A stretch of DNA of 64,000 nucleotides from NCBI GenBank assembly GCA_002269645.1, contig NIVC01003179.1, forward strand, positions 1 through 64,000. Reading direction: 5' to 3'. Within the stretch, counting starts at the first letter, position 1. Each line of letters opens with the position of its first letter. Under the pieces are notes generated by a model. It had not been told where the DNA came from, made no database searches, and saw only the letters and a list, made by a program, of their open reading frames with translations. This DNA comes from Macrostomum lignano (taxonomy: Eukaryota). Positions 13,195 to 26,406 of the stretch are shown here, in pieces. Made by a program: the position numbers and the translations under genes.

Positions 13195-13264
13195 TCAAAA
13201 CCGTCGAGAATACGAAGTGAAAGTGAAACAACAGGCCAGCCGATTCAAGAATCCCAACATGTGA
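13195..13264 (+). CDS. UBC9: Ubc9 exon 2
   Basis: Acceptor TTTCAG|T in matching phase 2 restores (I)QNRREYEVKVKQQASRFKNPNM*, homologous to the Ubc9 C-terminus QNRVEYEKRVRAQA. Confidence 0.93.
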
Positions 13265-13827
13265 CTGTCGCATGGATAAGAGAAATTAAGAGCAATTTCT
13301 ATGTGCATATATTTATTATACTCGTACATGTTATATTTATACTACTTATTAGAAATGCGCGATAAGTAATGTTGTTTCAACAAGCTTCTCAACTTGCGTG
13401 TCCAAGTATTCTGCCTATCAGTCTCATTCATTCATTATTCGCGTCTGTTATTTTTTTAATTTGGCCATTTCCCCTTATGTATTTGATTGTAAGGCCCAAA
13501 TACTATATATGTAAGTCGAAATCTCCCTGATCTACCTTTGTTCTCTCTCTTTCTGTATGTCTCTCGTTGTACCGGCGTAATAACTAGCATTTGATTTTCA
13601 TTTTTTAAGTCAACTTTGAATGCAAACAAGAAACTTTAATGACAACAAACGGTGCGCGTTTAAACAATTCTTTTTTGGCTAGGAAAGCTCCATTGTTCGT
13701 TTTTTGTGGTTTGGCTGTGATGTATTCTAGGATTTTTGGCTAGATTTCTATGACCCACATCGTGAAGTTAGCCACTGCATGTCCCATTCCATATCCCAAT
13801 CACTCCTTGACCCATGCAGAAATCCCA

Positions 13828-14165
13828 ACCATCTGTGACCCAATCCAGATAATCTAACCATCTATGACCCAATCCAGATAATCTAACCATCTATGACCCA
13901 ATCCAGATAATCTAACCATCTATGACCCAATCCAGATAATCTAACCATCTATGACCCAATCCAGATAATCTAACCATCTATGACCCAATCCAGATAATCT
14001 AACCATCTATGACCCAATCCAGATAATCTAACCATCTATGACCCATTCCAGCTATCCCAACCATCTATGACCCATTCCAGCTATCCCAACCATCTATGAC
14101 CCATTCCAGCTATCCCAACCATCTATGACCCATTCCAGCTATCCCAACCATTTTTGACCCATTTC
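13828..14165. repeat. 29-bp tandem repeat (~11 copies)
   Basis: CCATCTATGACCCAATCCAGATAATCTAA switches to the variant CCATCTATGACCCATTCCAGCTATCCCAA toward the 3' end. Confidence 0.95.
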
Positions 14166-14303
14166 GGATATCCCAACTGCCCCGTGCCTAATCCCAGATA
14201 TCCCATCTGATGAATTGCTCATTAGAATGGCAAGTACAGCTGATACAGGTATAGCCAAGGAAACCGTCATTATAGCCATTCACCTTCATGCTCTATAGGT
14301 ATC

Positions 14304-14732
14304 ATGGCATCCATCGCATCTCTGCGCACCCTGTTCGCCAAGTCCGCCTTCGGCCTCGCGCCTCGCCGCGGCTGCTCCACCGCCGCCGCCGCCGTCTCGG
14401 AGGCTGCCAACACTTCGTCAAAAACTGACGCCGCCACCGTAGAGCTGCGCGGAACAGTCGAGCGGCTGCTGACGGCCGGGCCGAAGCACTGCCTGTTCAT
14501 CATGCGAACTCGCGTTACCAAGCCGGATTTCAATACGCCAATCAGCTTCCAGCACAATGTGAAATCGTTCGGGCCGCAAGCTGATAAAGCCAATTCGCTG
14601 GCCAAGATTGGGGCCCGGCTGCAGGTGCAGGGCATTCTCACCTACGAGAGACGCTTCCGCAACAAACCAGCTGGCGAGGACAATCCCTACAGATGCGTTA
14701 TCGAGGCCGTGAACATCAAATCTGATGACTGA
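14304..14732 (+). CDS. Single-stranded DNA-binding protein, mitochondrial type (OB fold), divergent
   Basis: Arg/Ala/Ser-rich N-terminus resembling a transit peptide, then SSB-like pattern VELRGTVER..HNVKSFG..KIGARLQVQGILTY..VIEAVNI. Intronless, 142 aa. Confidence 0.7.
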   Translation: MASIASLRTLFAKSAFGLAPRRGCSTAAAAVSEAANTSSKTDAATVELRGTVERLLTAGPKHCLFIMRTRVTKPDFNTPISFQHNVKSFGPQADKANSLAKIGARLQVQGILTYERRFRNKPAGEDNPYRCVIEAVNIKSDD

Positions 14733-16164
14733 GACAATTTGCAAGGGAGGGGGGGACCAGACCAGGAGTGAATTAGCATTGAATTGAGCAGCAAGAATTG
14801 AGCGTGTATAATAATTGCATTTGTTTAAATACACGCTTAAACTTGTTTTGTGTTCAGTTAGTGCACTCTAGCTCTAAATAGTCTCGTGGGTCCCTGCATA
14901 TACTACTAGTACTAGTAGTAGTAGTAGTAGTCTAAATTGTTCTGTCAACCATCGCTATTCGACACGCTGTTATTGCACAGCTTAACATCCGTTTGGAGCA
15001 ATTTCAAAGTTAAATATATAATTATACATATTTTGTACTGGAAAGTGTGTTCAACAGCTTATACTGTTAATTATTCGATCTTGTGAAAATTTTGAAACCA
15101 TAATCATTCCTTTTTATTGCGGTTTTTTTACTTGTTAAAGTTCACTTAGCGAGAAGAAGGATTTAGACTTTCATGTCTTAATAAAACATTTATTAGTTTA
15201 AGGCTAAAAATTAATAAAAAATGAATAAAGCTTTAATTCACATTATATTCGCGAAGACACATTTATTGATCACCAACAATAGGCAATGTGAACAGTGAAT
15301 TTATATATATCTGTACGAGTTCATAAGGATATAACAATAGCAAAATAAGTAACATCTGCAAGGTTGAAGTGAAGTGCAAAATTTTCAAATCAAAGGAGAG
15401 CCAACGGCACTTCAGTCTGTGGTATGTCGACGGCTGGAAAAATGGCAATAGTGGCACTGTGGCAGTGATAGCGAGTGACAATATAAAATTCCGTATATAG
15501 AGATCCAGTGAAGCTCTTTAATCAGGGAATTTACAAAAGTGAATAAATTCAAGTTGACAATTGTACTTTTTCAATCGAGTTGGTCGGTCGAAAGTTTTGA
15601 TTTTAAATATTTCATGCCACTCAGAGATTTATCAGCTGTCTGCTGATTGAGCGGTACAGGAAGCCCAAACAACAGTTATACAACAAGCTGTCTATGGCCA
15701 AAACTCGATTACGGTCACTAACTGCACGGAAAATTCTGAATCTTATTCATAAAAAGCAAAACATAGTCTATGGTAGGGAAGTGAAGCCTTTGCCCTACCT
15801 CTCCGCACCCCCATATGAACGCTCAAAAATACAGTTTATCTCCTTAAGCACATGTATGTACTTTACCGTGTTACATTTTGAGTGCAAAGCTGTTAAATTA
15901 GTATGCTGAAAATACTTGAGAAATTGAAATAAGGCCTTTGAATATGCAGCTACTACTAGCGTATATTGCTTTGAAGTGCTTCGTCCTCTTACTAACTTTT
16001 GTACAAACTGTGTCGTGTATGTTTTAACAGTGCAATACGCAATTCGTAAACATGGTGTAATTTAATTTTTTCTATCTGGAAGACAGCTGCATAATTTCTC
16101 AAAAGGCCTTGCCAAGTTAACAAACCAAAAGCTCTGATGCAGTTATTCTGTAGTCAAAACCAGA

Positions 16165-19117
16165 TCAGAGAGCCGGCAGGGAGGTGTACGTGCGCACCGC
16201 GTCCTGCTGTCTGGCCGTTGTCATGGACTGCATTGACCGCTGCTGAGAGGCCTGCACATGCAGCCGCCTAGCCAAGTGTGCGTCCACTCTCTGGCTCAGG
16301 TCCTGACGGCCGATGCGGCCAAGGGCCTCCTTCAGCGCCTCGACATTGGCGCGGGTGTGCAGCCGGCGCCAGGTGGCCAGCATCTCGGTGGCCAGTTCCT
16401 GGCGATTGCCGCGGACCTAGGCGTGTCAATGTACATGTACATGTGTGAATTTAAACAAAAAAATTGCTGGATCTAGCTATCTTGCTAGCAATACGAGCTA
16501 TTACTAAAAGTTTCTTCTACAAAAAGAAAGCATTCAATGAAAGAAGTTGCGGCTTACCAGGCGCTTATTGATCCGATCCACGTCAGCGTCCAGGTCCACC
16601 TGGCCACGAGGCGGATAGAACGGCAGCTGGAAGTAGAGCCGGAACCAGTCCTGCTCGATTGCCTTGGCCACGACGCGGCAGGCCATTTGGATTGGATTGC
16701 CTGACAAGTGGAAAACCGGGAGTCATAATCATTGTTTGCGACAAGAGCACTGCAGCGATGATACTCTGTATTTAAATTCTCACTTTCGTGACTTCCGTTG
16801 CAACCTTTCGGACTGCAACCTCACAGACTGCAACCTCACATACTGCAACCTACAGAAGTTGCAACCTTTCGGAGTTCAACCTTTCGGATTCCAACCCTTT
16901 GGATTTCAACCACACAGGCTGCAATCTTTCGGACTGCAACCTTATGGACTGCAACGTACTTTACGGACTGCAACCATCTACATGTAGATGCCAACTTTCT
17001 GAAGTACAAAGTCCAAACAATTTTCTGGATAACAGACTTCAAGTCTGCATCTAACCAAATTGCAACTTTCCATCGTGAAAGCATTGAAAAACACTCAGAC
17101 GCAGTGCTTCGCTAACTCACCCAGAGTGTACTCCTCGATTTCAGGAGCCAGCATTAGGGTTGGACTGACCGACCGCTCCTTGATGAGGCTGTTCTGCAGT
17201 CGGTCGTCCATTTGAAGGTTGTGAAAAATCTTCTTCATAGAAGACGGAGACTGTTTCAGTGTGAAGATGTGGCGCAGCACCTTCTCGTATCTGGTGCTCC
17301 GTTCCAGCTTCTCCTGCAGTGCGGCAACGATTCGGGACGACTTGTCGATTTGGAACTGCAGCTCCATGGCGGCCCGCTTGTCGGCCTCGTGTTCCGAGTC
17401 CCGCTGCGCGCAGTGCTTCACTATGGACTCAGTGATCTCAACCTTCTTGCTGATCTTAGGAAAAATTGTCTTCTGTCTTTTCAGTTCCAGCGTGCTCTCC
17501 AGCTTTGCTCGCTGCATCTCCTCCTCGGAGAAGAAAGTTTCCGGGTGCCTCTTGATGTCGCCTAGCACCGTTTTGGCCCGGTGCAGATGGTACTCGCACT
17601 TCTTCATCTCCACCAAAGCCAGGTGGTGCCGCCGGCCCACGTGCTTCTTTTTCTGCTGGAAGTCGGGCAGCTCCTTCTCGTACGCGTCGATTCTCTTCAA
17701 AATGGCAGCCTGTCGGTGCTTGAGCTGCACCATCTTGGTGTATTCCTCCTGGTATTTGCGCGATGCTGACGACTGCTCCAGCTCGATGCCAACCAAGTCG
17801 TTGCCAAGGTTCTCAACGTACTCTTTGTCTAATTCGATCCAATTGTTCAGTAGCTGACAGGCCTCGCGCACCTGCTCGCAGGCCTCGGGCAGCAGCAGAA
17901 GCAACGAGATTTCTCCGCAACCGACCCGCCTGGCCAGCTGCTGCACGTTGTAGGAAAAGCCCTGAAGCCCGAGGCCGACAGAGCCGAATACGAAAAATTT
18001 CTCCGTTAGGCCCATGATGATTTTCTGCAATGAGCGAACCGTAGGAATAGGCCGGAATTTTATTTCACAAATTCGTATTTCGTATATAGTTGAATGGTTG
18101 TGCTTCATACTACTTAAGTAAGTAGGTAGGCTGTCACCCGACATCGTGACTCAGGATGTGGTTCTCAACATGTGTAGTCAGTGTACAGTGTAGTGTAATG
18201 TCAGTGTACATGCCTGACGATTAGAAAGTCTGGGCCGTTGGCGCGCTTGCATGTGCTCAGGAGTCAGCGGAATGGGCAGAATTGCCTCAGCGCTGGCTGT
18301 GTGGGGCGATGTCGCCGAAGGCGTTGCACCAGGATGCCCACCGCCATCCGGCAAGTACACTATACGCTTATACTACTTCTGTATATAGTATCCATTAGTA
18401 ATAGATGATGTTTCGAACGATAAAGTTCTCTACTGATATGCGGAGCTGAAATAAGAATTCGAAGCAGCACTATGATCCATCTTGACCTGTCAGACCGTGC
18501 AGAAACTCAGCAAGTCAATGGCAAAGTCATGTACAGTATAGAAGTTGCTAGGCTTGTACTTGTATCACAGTGGCGCCTACCTGCATCCGGGTGGTCAGCT
18601 CCAGCCTCTTCTGCTCGTACTTGAAAGGCGTGTCCAGATATTTGTCCGGCGATCTCTGCGTTGTGCCCCTGTAGAAGCTGAGGCAGTACTTTCTCAGGCA
18701 CTGCATCACCTTTGTAAGCCGCTCATTGAATGGGGTAAACTTCTCAGGTAGGAAATCACCAACGTGCTGTTGCAGCTGCCTGACTTTCTGCATCGACTCG
18801 GTGTACTTGATGGACTCGGTGCCCAGGCTGTTGAGCGACTCCATCATGTTCTCGATGTCGAAAGTTTTGCGTATCTCGCGAATTCCGCCAGCCATCATCA
18901 GCCGCTTGAAGGTGAACAGATTCTCCCTGATGAAGTCCTCCTGAGTTTCGTGCGGGTGCAGGTAGTCCAGCTCGATCTCTCTGAGGACGACCAGCACAGC
19001 GTCGATCTCCTGGCGACACGCGGCGCGCAAAGCCAGCAGCGATTTCGGACGCTCGCGCAGAAAACTGTCCACCGTCTGCGGCTCGCGATAAAATGCCAGC
19101 GTTGTGACCGCAGGCAT
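16165..19117 (-). CDS. Coiled-coil protein with C-terminal death-domain-like fold (4 exons, ~590 aa)
   Basis: Exons 19117-18581, 17961-17121, 16700-16558 and 16416-16165 have canonical GT-AG sites and compatible phases 0/1/0. The C-terminus DWFRLYFQLP..VDRINKRL..EMLATWRRLHTRANVEALKEALGRIGRQDLSQRV has death-domain spacing. Confidence 0.75.
16795..17070. repeat. 15-bp degenerate minisatellite in an intron
   Basis: TGCAACCTTTCGGAC-like units; they explain the spurious ORFs at 16664-17115. Confidence 0.8.
18200..18345 (+). mobile_element. SINE family A, 5'-truncated copy
   Basis: GTGTACATGCCTGACGATTAG..GTGCTCAGGAGTCAG..AATGGGCAGAAT..TCGCCGAAGGCGTT..GATGCCCAC matches 60437-60620. Confidence 0.8.
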
Positions 19118-19393
19118 GGCTGGCTGTGAGGCTCCCCGACTCTTGTTCAACTTTACTAGCCTGGCGCTTGTTCAACGTTACTCTTGCCGACAAAATAATA
19201 ACAAGTTTTGTCTATCAAAAATACGGCGCTTACTTAGCTGGAGAAGGCAAACTTTGTGCGCGTGGCTGGAGCTAAAATACGCTCGTAGATGTCTGGGTTG
19301 GCAACCCACACGTTAGCGCAGAGTCCCGCATAGGCACTTGCCGCGCAGGTCTAATCTCTAGGGTGGGGACAAACAATAGATGCTCGTATCCAA

Positions 19394-19396
<3 letters not shown>

Positions 19397-19438
<42 letters not shown>

Positions 19439-19588
19439 CTCAGACAGAGAGGACTGAGAATTGAGCAGGCTGGGCAAGCGGGAGAGAGCGCACGAGTTTG
19501 CTTCAGCTCTGTGGACTCAAGCCGTCTGTAGAAACAGTGATGGCACATCAGAGCGGGCCCAATTCGACAGGAAATACGCCGCAACTGT

Positions 19589-19628
<40 letters not shown>
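19397..19628. repeat. Two (GA)n microsatellites
   Basis: GA runs at about 19397-19436 and 19589-19628, between two divergently transcribed genes. Confidence 0.95.
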
Positions 19629-19632
<4 letters not shown>

Positions 19633-20249
19633 CCTAGCTACATTTTTATACACACAAGCACGAAAATAGCGTCTTCATCTTTGCGCCTAATTAATTATTT
19701 GTTAACAAAGGCACTGGGCTGGGCTTGATGGACATTGTTAATTGCTTCACTTCAGAACGCTTAAAATAATTTTAATGACGCTTGTATGAACGCTAGTCAG
19801 ACGCAATAAAAATGATGCTTCGAATTTCAAGGCAGCAAGTGAATCGAAATAATGCCATGAGGTCGTGCTGACTTTTTCTTAGGTCGAGCTTAAAACGATA
19901 CTGATAAACCTATAACTGATAAATACGGACGGGTACCTCAACCTCTACTAGACACAGCAATTAGACCATCGATCGGGCTCCAATTAGACAAAATAATTAA
20001 AGACTCTCCTTGTACCCACCACTCAAATAATTGCATGCGTGAAGTACATTGAAGTCCTAGCAGGCAATGTACAGCACAGAACTAAGCTGGCCAATCAGCA
20101 GAGCTGAGATATTTAAGTGTACATTTAAATCTCGCAATAAGCTGATCTGTACAAAGCTGACATAAAACCAGCGCCTTGCCCTCAACCGCTGCCTATCATC
20201 ACACGCAACCTTCTGAAGTTGAACTTTGCACCTCTGCAATCTGCCTGCA

Positions 20250-20771
20250 ATGGATCCAGCTTCCTATCGACTACATCTTCGCCTCATCCGAGGTAGCGGC
20301 CTGGTCGTCCGGGACTCGACAGGCAGCAGCGATCCATACGTGCTGTTCCGCCTGGCTGACAAGCAGCTGGGCAGGAGCAGGGTCATTAACCAGTGCCTTG
20401 AGCCCGTTTGGGATGAGGCGAGTTTCCTTGCTCTAGATGATTGTTGTTTTGTACAGTCTCCTGTTTATTTCATTGTTTAGTTGTTTTGCTAATTCTCTTT
20501 GATCGCAACAGCAGCAACAGCAAAAAGCAACATCACCACTAACAACAACAACAAGAACAACAACAGAAAACAGAAAACTAAAACTAAAACAGCAAAAGCA
20601 ACAATTAAAAAATAAACAACAACAACAACAAATATCAAACAACAACCGAAACAAACGACAACAACAACAACAATAAAACTGAAACAACAACAACAACAAA
20701 TATCAAACAACAACCGAAACAAACGACAACAACAACAACAAAACGGAAACAACAACAACAATTACAACAGC

Positions 20772-20823
<52 letters not shown>

Positions 20824-23109
20824 GTCGGCCAAGTGAGAATAAAAATTGAACACAAAAACAAAATGACCAATTTTTTAGGAATTCAATTTCGCGATCGACA
20901 GCCTGACTGGCGAGCTGGAGCTGCGGGTGTACGATCGAGACTTGCTGAGCATTCGCGACGACTACATGGGCCGCTGCCTGCTGCCTCTGGCGGCCCTACG
21001 CCCCGGCCAGCAGCAGCTCAGCCTTCGCCTGCCGCTGGCTGACGAAACCGGACAGGCCGCCGAGGCCTGCATGGGCGACTTGCAGTTCACGGCTGCGCTC
21101 CTACCGGCTGCCGTTAATGCTGCGACAAAGCCGGCGCAGATGCAGGTTGGTAGCTGGAGTAGTCGTCAGGTGCTCAGCTGCAGCCACTGTACACCCTGAA
21201 GCACTCTATGCATTAATCTTAAATGTCGGGAGGTCAGTGCCCCCTCCCCCAATCTCAATTCACGGGAGGCAACTGACGAGACAGACTTCAGACTAGCTCT
21301 ACTTTAACTAGTATAAATCTGCGATTTTCGAATCAAGGGCGACACTACTACAAGTAGTTTCGATTCTTTATAGACATTTTTCCCCAAAATTTTATCTGCG
21401 TAATCTAAACACATTTAGTCCTTGACTATATGGCCAGAGACCTGGAATGGAACCCGGTTACAGCTCCGCACCCGAAACGCCCCTCCCCATTTGCGCCAAT
21501 TCAGGAGTCCATAGTCAATGTCGGCCTCATCGACATTGTCGGCCTGACCACCACCAGCAGCAGTAGCTGCGGGCCAGACTCGGCCGATGACTCGACGCTG
21601 TCGAATCGCCCGCTCTATGCTCAGCTGCAGCTGGGCGAACAGATTTGCCGCAGCCGCCTCGCCCACCGCGGCCACGGCTGGGACGAGGACCTGCGCATGC
21701 CGCTGCCGCTTTCGGCCAGGCATCGCCAGCTTGACGTGGCAGTGTACGAGCGCCACCTCACCAGCCAGGACATCCTGCTGGGCCGAGCGCGAGTCCCGCT
21801 GCTGCCAGCCGAGTCGCGATGGGGCGGCGACCTCATCGTGGCGCCGCTGTTGGACCATCCGGCTGGCGGGCCGGCAGTTCGGCTGACCCTCGATTTGCTG
21901 CCGAGCCTTGCCGACGCAGGGGGCGACAAAGACGAATACGACTTCGACGATGACTTCGGGGGCGACGGTGCCATCGGCTGCCTCGGAGTTCGCGTGGCAG
22001 CGGCGGAGCTGCTGAAGCCCGGAGCTGGCGCGAACTCGGCCGCTGGCGCATTCTGCACGGTGCGGCTGGGCAACTCGCAGCTCAGCGCCCGACTGGCTGA
22101 GGCCAGCGGCCGCAGTCGGGAGCTGAGATTTCGCGTGCGCGACCTCCACTCCGAGCTGCAGGTGGCCGTCTTTGAGGAGGCCAAGCGGCAACAGCAGCAG
22201 CCGGTTCTGCTGGGCCGGTTGGCGCTCCGCCTGCCGCAGCTGCTGGATGGCGCCGATGCTCGTGGCAGCCGGTCGAGCTGGCACGGCCTGAAGGACAAGC
22301 GTCTGGAGGCCTGGACGGGCGGCCGGCTCAGGCTGGAGACGCGGCTTCGGTACAGCTGGATCGGCGCCGCCGTGCGTGCCATCGGGCCGCGGCAGCCGCA
22401 ACTGCGCGATCGGCCGGAGGCGAAGCTGAGGCTCCGCCTGGTGCGCCGAGACGCCCGACGGTGCGCCGCCTTCATCGAGACCGCCGCCCGGGTTGGCGCC
22501 TTCGCCAACAGCTGCTTCCAGTGGGAGGACCCGGCCCGGAGCGCCGCTGCCCTGGCCAGCTGCGTTGCCATCGTGTGGAACCTGCAGCCCTTCATGCTGC
22601 CGCTGGCTCCGCTGGCTCTGCTTCTCCTCAACTGGCTGGCCCGGCTATGCCAGCCGGCTGAGGACAGGCCGATGGTGCAAACTGCAGTCGATCCCAGCGG
22701 TGGCAAAGCCGACTTTTCGGTAGACGAATCGGCTGCCGCGGCAGGAGTGGATGATGAAGCGGACACCGATGACCTGTCCTGGTTGCAGCGAGCCAGAGCC
22801 GCTCAGGATCTGCTGCTGCGACTTCAAGACGGCCTGGATGTTGCGGCCTCCAGCGCTGAGCGGCTGCGCAATCTGGCTGGGTGGCGGGAGCCCCGCATCT
22901 CCTGCCTGGCCGTCGCGCTGCTCGCAGCCGCCTCGCTGGCCCTCGGCCTGTTGCCGCTGCGGCTGCTGGCGCTGGCCTGGGGCGTCAACAAGTTCAGCAA
23001 GAAGCTGCTCCGTCCTGGCGCCGATGACAGCAACGAGCTGCTCAATCTGCTGTCCCGGGTGCCGTCCGATGTAGATTTGGAGCGAACGAGGCCTCTGCCT
23101 CCGCCTTGA
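20250..23109 (+). CDS. MCTP: Multiple C2 and transmembrane domain protein (3 exons)
   Basis: Exons 20250-20417, 20879-21145 and 21505-23109. C2A: GSSDPYVLFRL..LEPVWDE|EFNF..ELRVYDRD..DDYMG. Two further C2 domains, then FQWED and the C-terminal PRT_C-type TM region (ERLRNLAGW..P..S..WGVNKFSKKL..NELLNLLSRVPSD). Confidence 0.9.
20508..20823. repeat. (AAC)n-rich microsatellite in MCTP intron 1
   Basis: Long imperfect and perfect AAC runs. Confidence 0.95.
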
Positions 23110-23475
23110 TGCTTTGATGATTTGATGATTTGATGATTTGATGATTTGATGCTTTGATGCTTTGATGCTTTGATGCTTTGATGCCTTGATGCTTGGTTGC
23201 CTTGATGCTTTGATGCTTTGATGCTTTGATGCCTTGATGCCTTGATGTTTTGATGCTTTGATGCCATGAAACCTTGATACCTTGTAGCCTTGATTTTTTA
23301 GTACTTTAATGCCTAGATGATTTTATGCCTTGATGCTTTGATTATTTAATACTTTGATGCTTTGATGCCTTGATGCCTTGATGATTTGATGCTTGGATGC
23401 CTTGATGATATAATTTATTGATGCTTTAATGCCATGATGCCTTGATTCTTTGATGCTTTAATGCCTTGATGCTTC
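23107..23475. repeat. 8-bp (TTGATGCT/TTGATGCC) satellite
   Basis: Starts at the MCTP stop codon and decays 3'-ward. Confidence 0.9.
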
Positions 23476-23964
23476 GATGTATTCGATATCTTGTCTAGAT
23501 ACGTTTTTAAATCCCATGCAGTTCAATATTTTTGACGCCCCAACTGTCGAATTTTCGTATTTTGCGATTCGATTTTTGAGCATATGGACTAGATTTATTT
23601 TGTATATTAATTGGCGACTGGCTTAATCACATTTTTATTCGATTACTATAAGTAGTAGTTGACAGATTTTCTACATGAATGCTCATCTGTAGTTCTTTTA
23701 ACTCGAAAACTCGCGCGGTAAATCCTGGATTAAAGTTGAATTAAACAGTTAAATAGTCACCAATGAATTCAAAACTTTTTGAGAAGTCTTTGAGTCTTGA
23801 GTACGTATAGCTGATTCCGCCAAGATATTAATACAACGCTTTTGCCCTCTGGATGCCGTGGGTCGGTGGTTCGAATCTTGCCTTCTGGTAACTCATTTAT
23901 TGAATGCTTCAAAACGCTCGTCAGAACGCAAAAGGCTGTGGGCACTGCCGCGAATCAAGGAGAG

Positions 23965-24648
23965 CGCTGTCTATGGCAGCGGAGAATATGGAGAGTGATG
24001 TCTATGGCAGCGGAGAATATGGAGAGTGATGTCTATGGCAGCGGAGAATATGGAGAGTGCTGTCTATGGCAGCGGAGAATATGGAGAGAGCTGTCTATGG
24101 CAGCGGAGAATATGGAGAGAGCTGTCTATGGCAGCGGAGAATATGGAGAGTGCTGTCTATGGCATCGGAGAATATGGAGAGTGCTGTCTATGGCATCGGA
24201 GAATATGGAGAGTGCTGTCTATGGCATCGGAGAATATGGAGAGTGCTGTCTATGGCATCGGAGAATATGGAGAGTGCTGTCTATGGCAGCGGAGAATATG
24301 GAGAGTGATGTCTATGGCAGCGGAGAATATGGAGAGTGCTGTCTATGGCAGCGGAGAATATGGAGAGAGCTGTCTATGGCAGCGGAGAATATGGAGAGTG
24401 CTGTCTATGGCATCGGAGAATATGGAGAGTGCTGTCTATGGCATCGGAGAATATGGAGAGTGCTGTCTATGGCAGCGGAGAATATGAAGGGTGATGTCTA
24501 TGGCAGCGGAGAATATGAAGAGTGATGTCTATGGCAGCGGAGAATATGAAGGGTGATGTCTATGGCATCGGAGAATATGGAGAGTGCTGTCTATGGCAGC
24601 GGAGAATATGAAGGGTGATGTCTATGGCAGCGGAGAATATGGAGAGTG
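23965..24648. repeat. 31-bp tandem repeat (~22 copies)
   Basis: TGTCTATGGCAGCGGAGAATATGGAGAGTGC unit; it produces the ORFs at 23842-24525. Confidence 0.97.
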
Positions 24649-25138
24649 AGTCGCTTCGATCGATTTAGTAGTAAATTTGAGCTTAGAAAAGTTCTGTCAT
24701 GGATCGCATTCGATCTCTTAGGTTAAAGCTGGCTTAAATGTTGCTGCAGCTCGGAAATTATCCCTTGATTAGATCTCATGTAGGCACTCTACATGTGCAG
24801 TGAAATGGATTAAAGGGGTGGCACTAAGGATCAAATAAGTGTCAAAAGCTTTCAGGGCTGATTTTCGGCTTTTAGTCTGGATTAACTTAAAAAGTTAGAA
24901 CTCCTGAATTTCTATTTGGGGCAGAGAAATCGGCTGGAAACGAAGACATTGGTTCCGTGGTTCAGCTTTAAAAAAGTAACTCCCTTAAATCCAGTTCCCA
25001 GTCTGCATAGTCCAATACTTCTGCAGAGCTCAGAAAGCGTTTCTCAATTGGCATTATCAATAATGGCTTCTGTTCAGCTTGCACTGCGCATCTTGTGTGC
25101 TTTTGCTGTCCGTGAGTAACTGAATTATTGGTGCTGTG

Positions 25139-26406
<1,268 letters not shown>

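Noticed and set aside
18400-18495. C/D-box snoRNA-like motifs (GATGATG..CTGA) in an intron
   Set aside because: They are antisense to the host gene, and there is no terminal stem or recognisable guide sequence.
21415-23267. Antisense ORFs of 328, 381 and 147 aa over MCTP
   Set aside because: They are shadow frames of GC-rich coding sequence and of the 8-bp repeat.
23848-23895. tRNA gene suggested by GGTTCGAATC
   Set aside because: Only a B box is present with no cloverleaf; it is probably a SINE-head relic. The same applies to the heads at 52940, 58509 and 60343.
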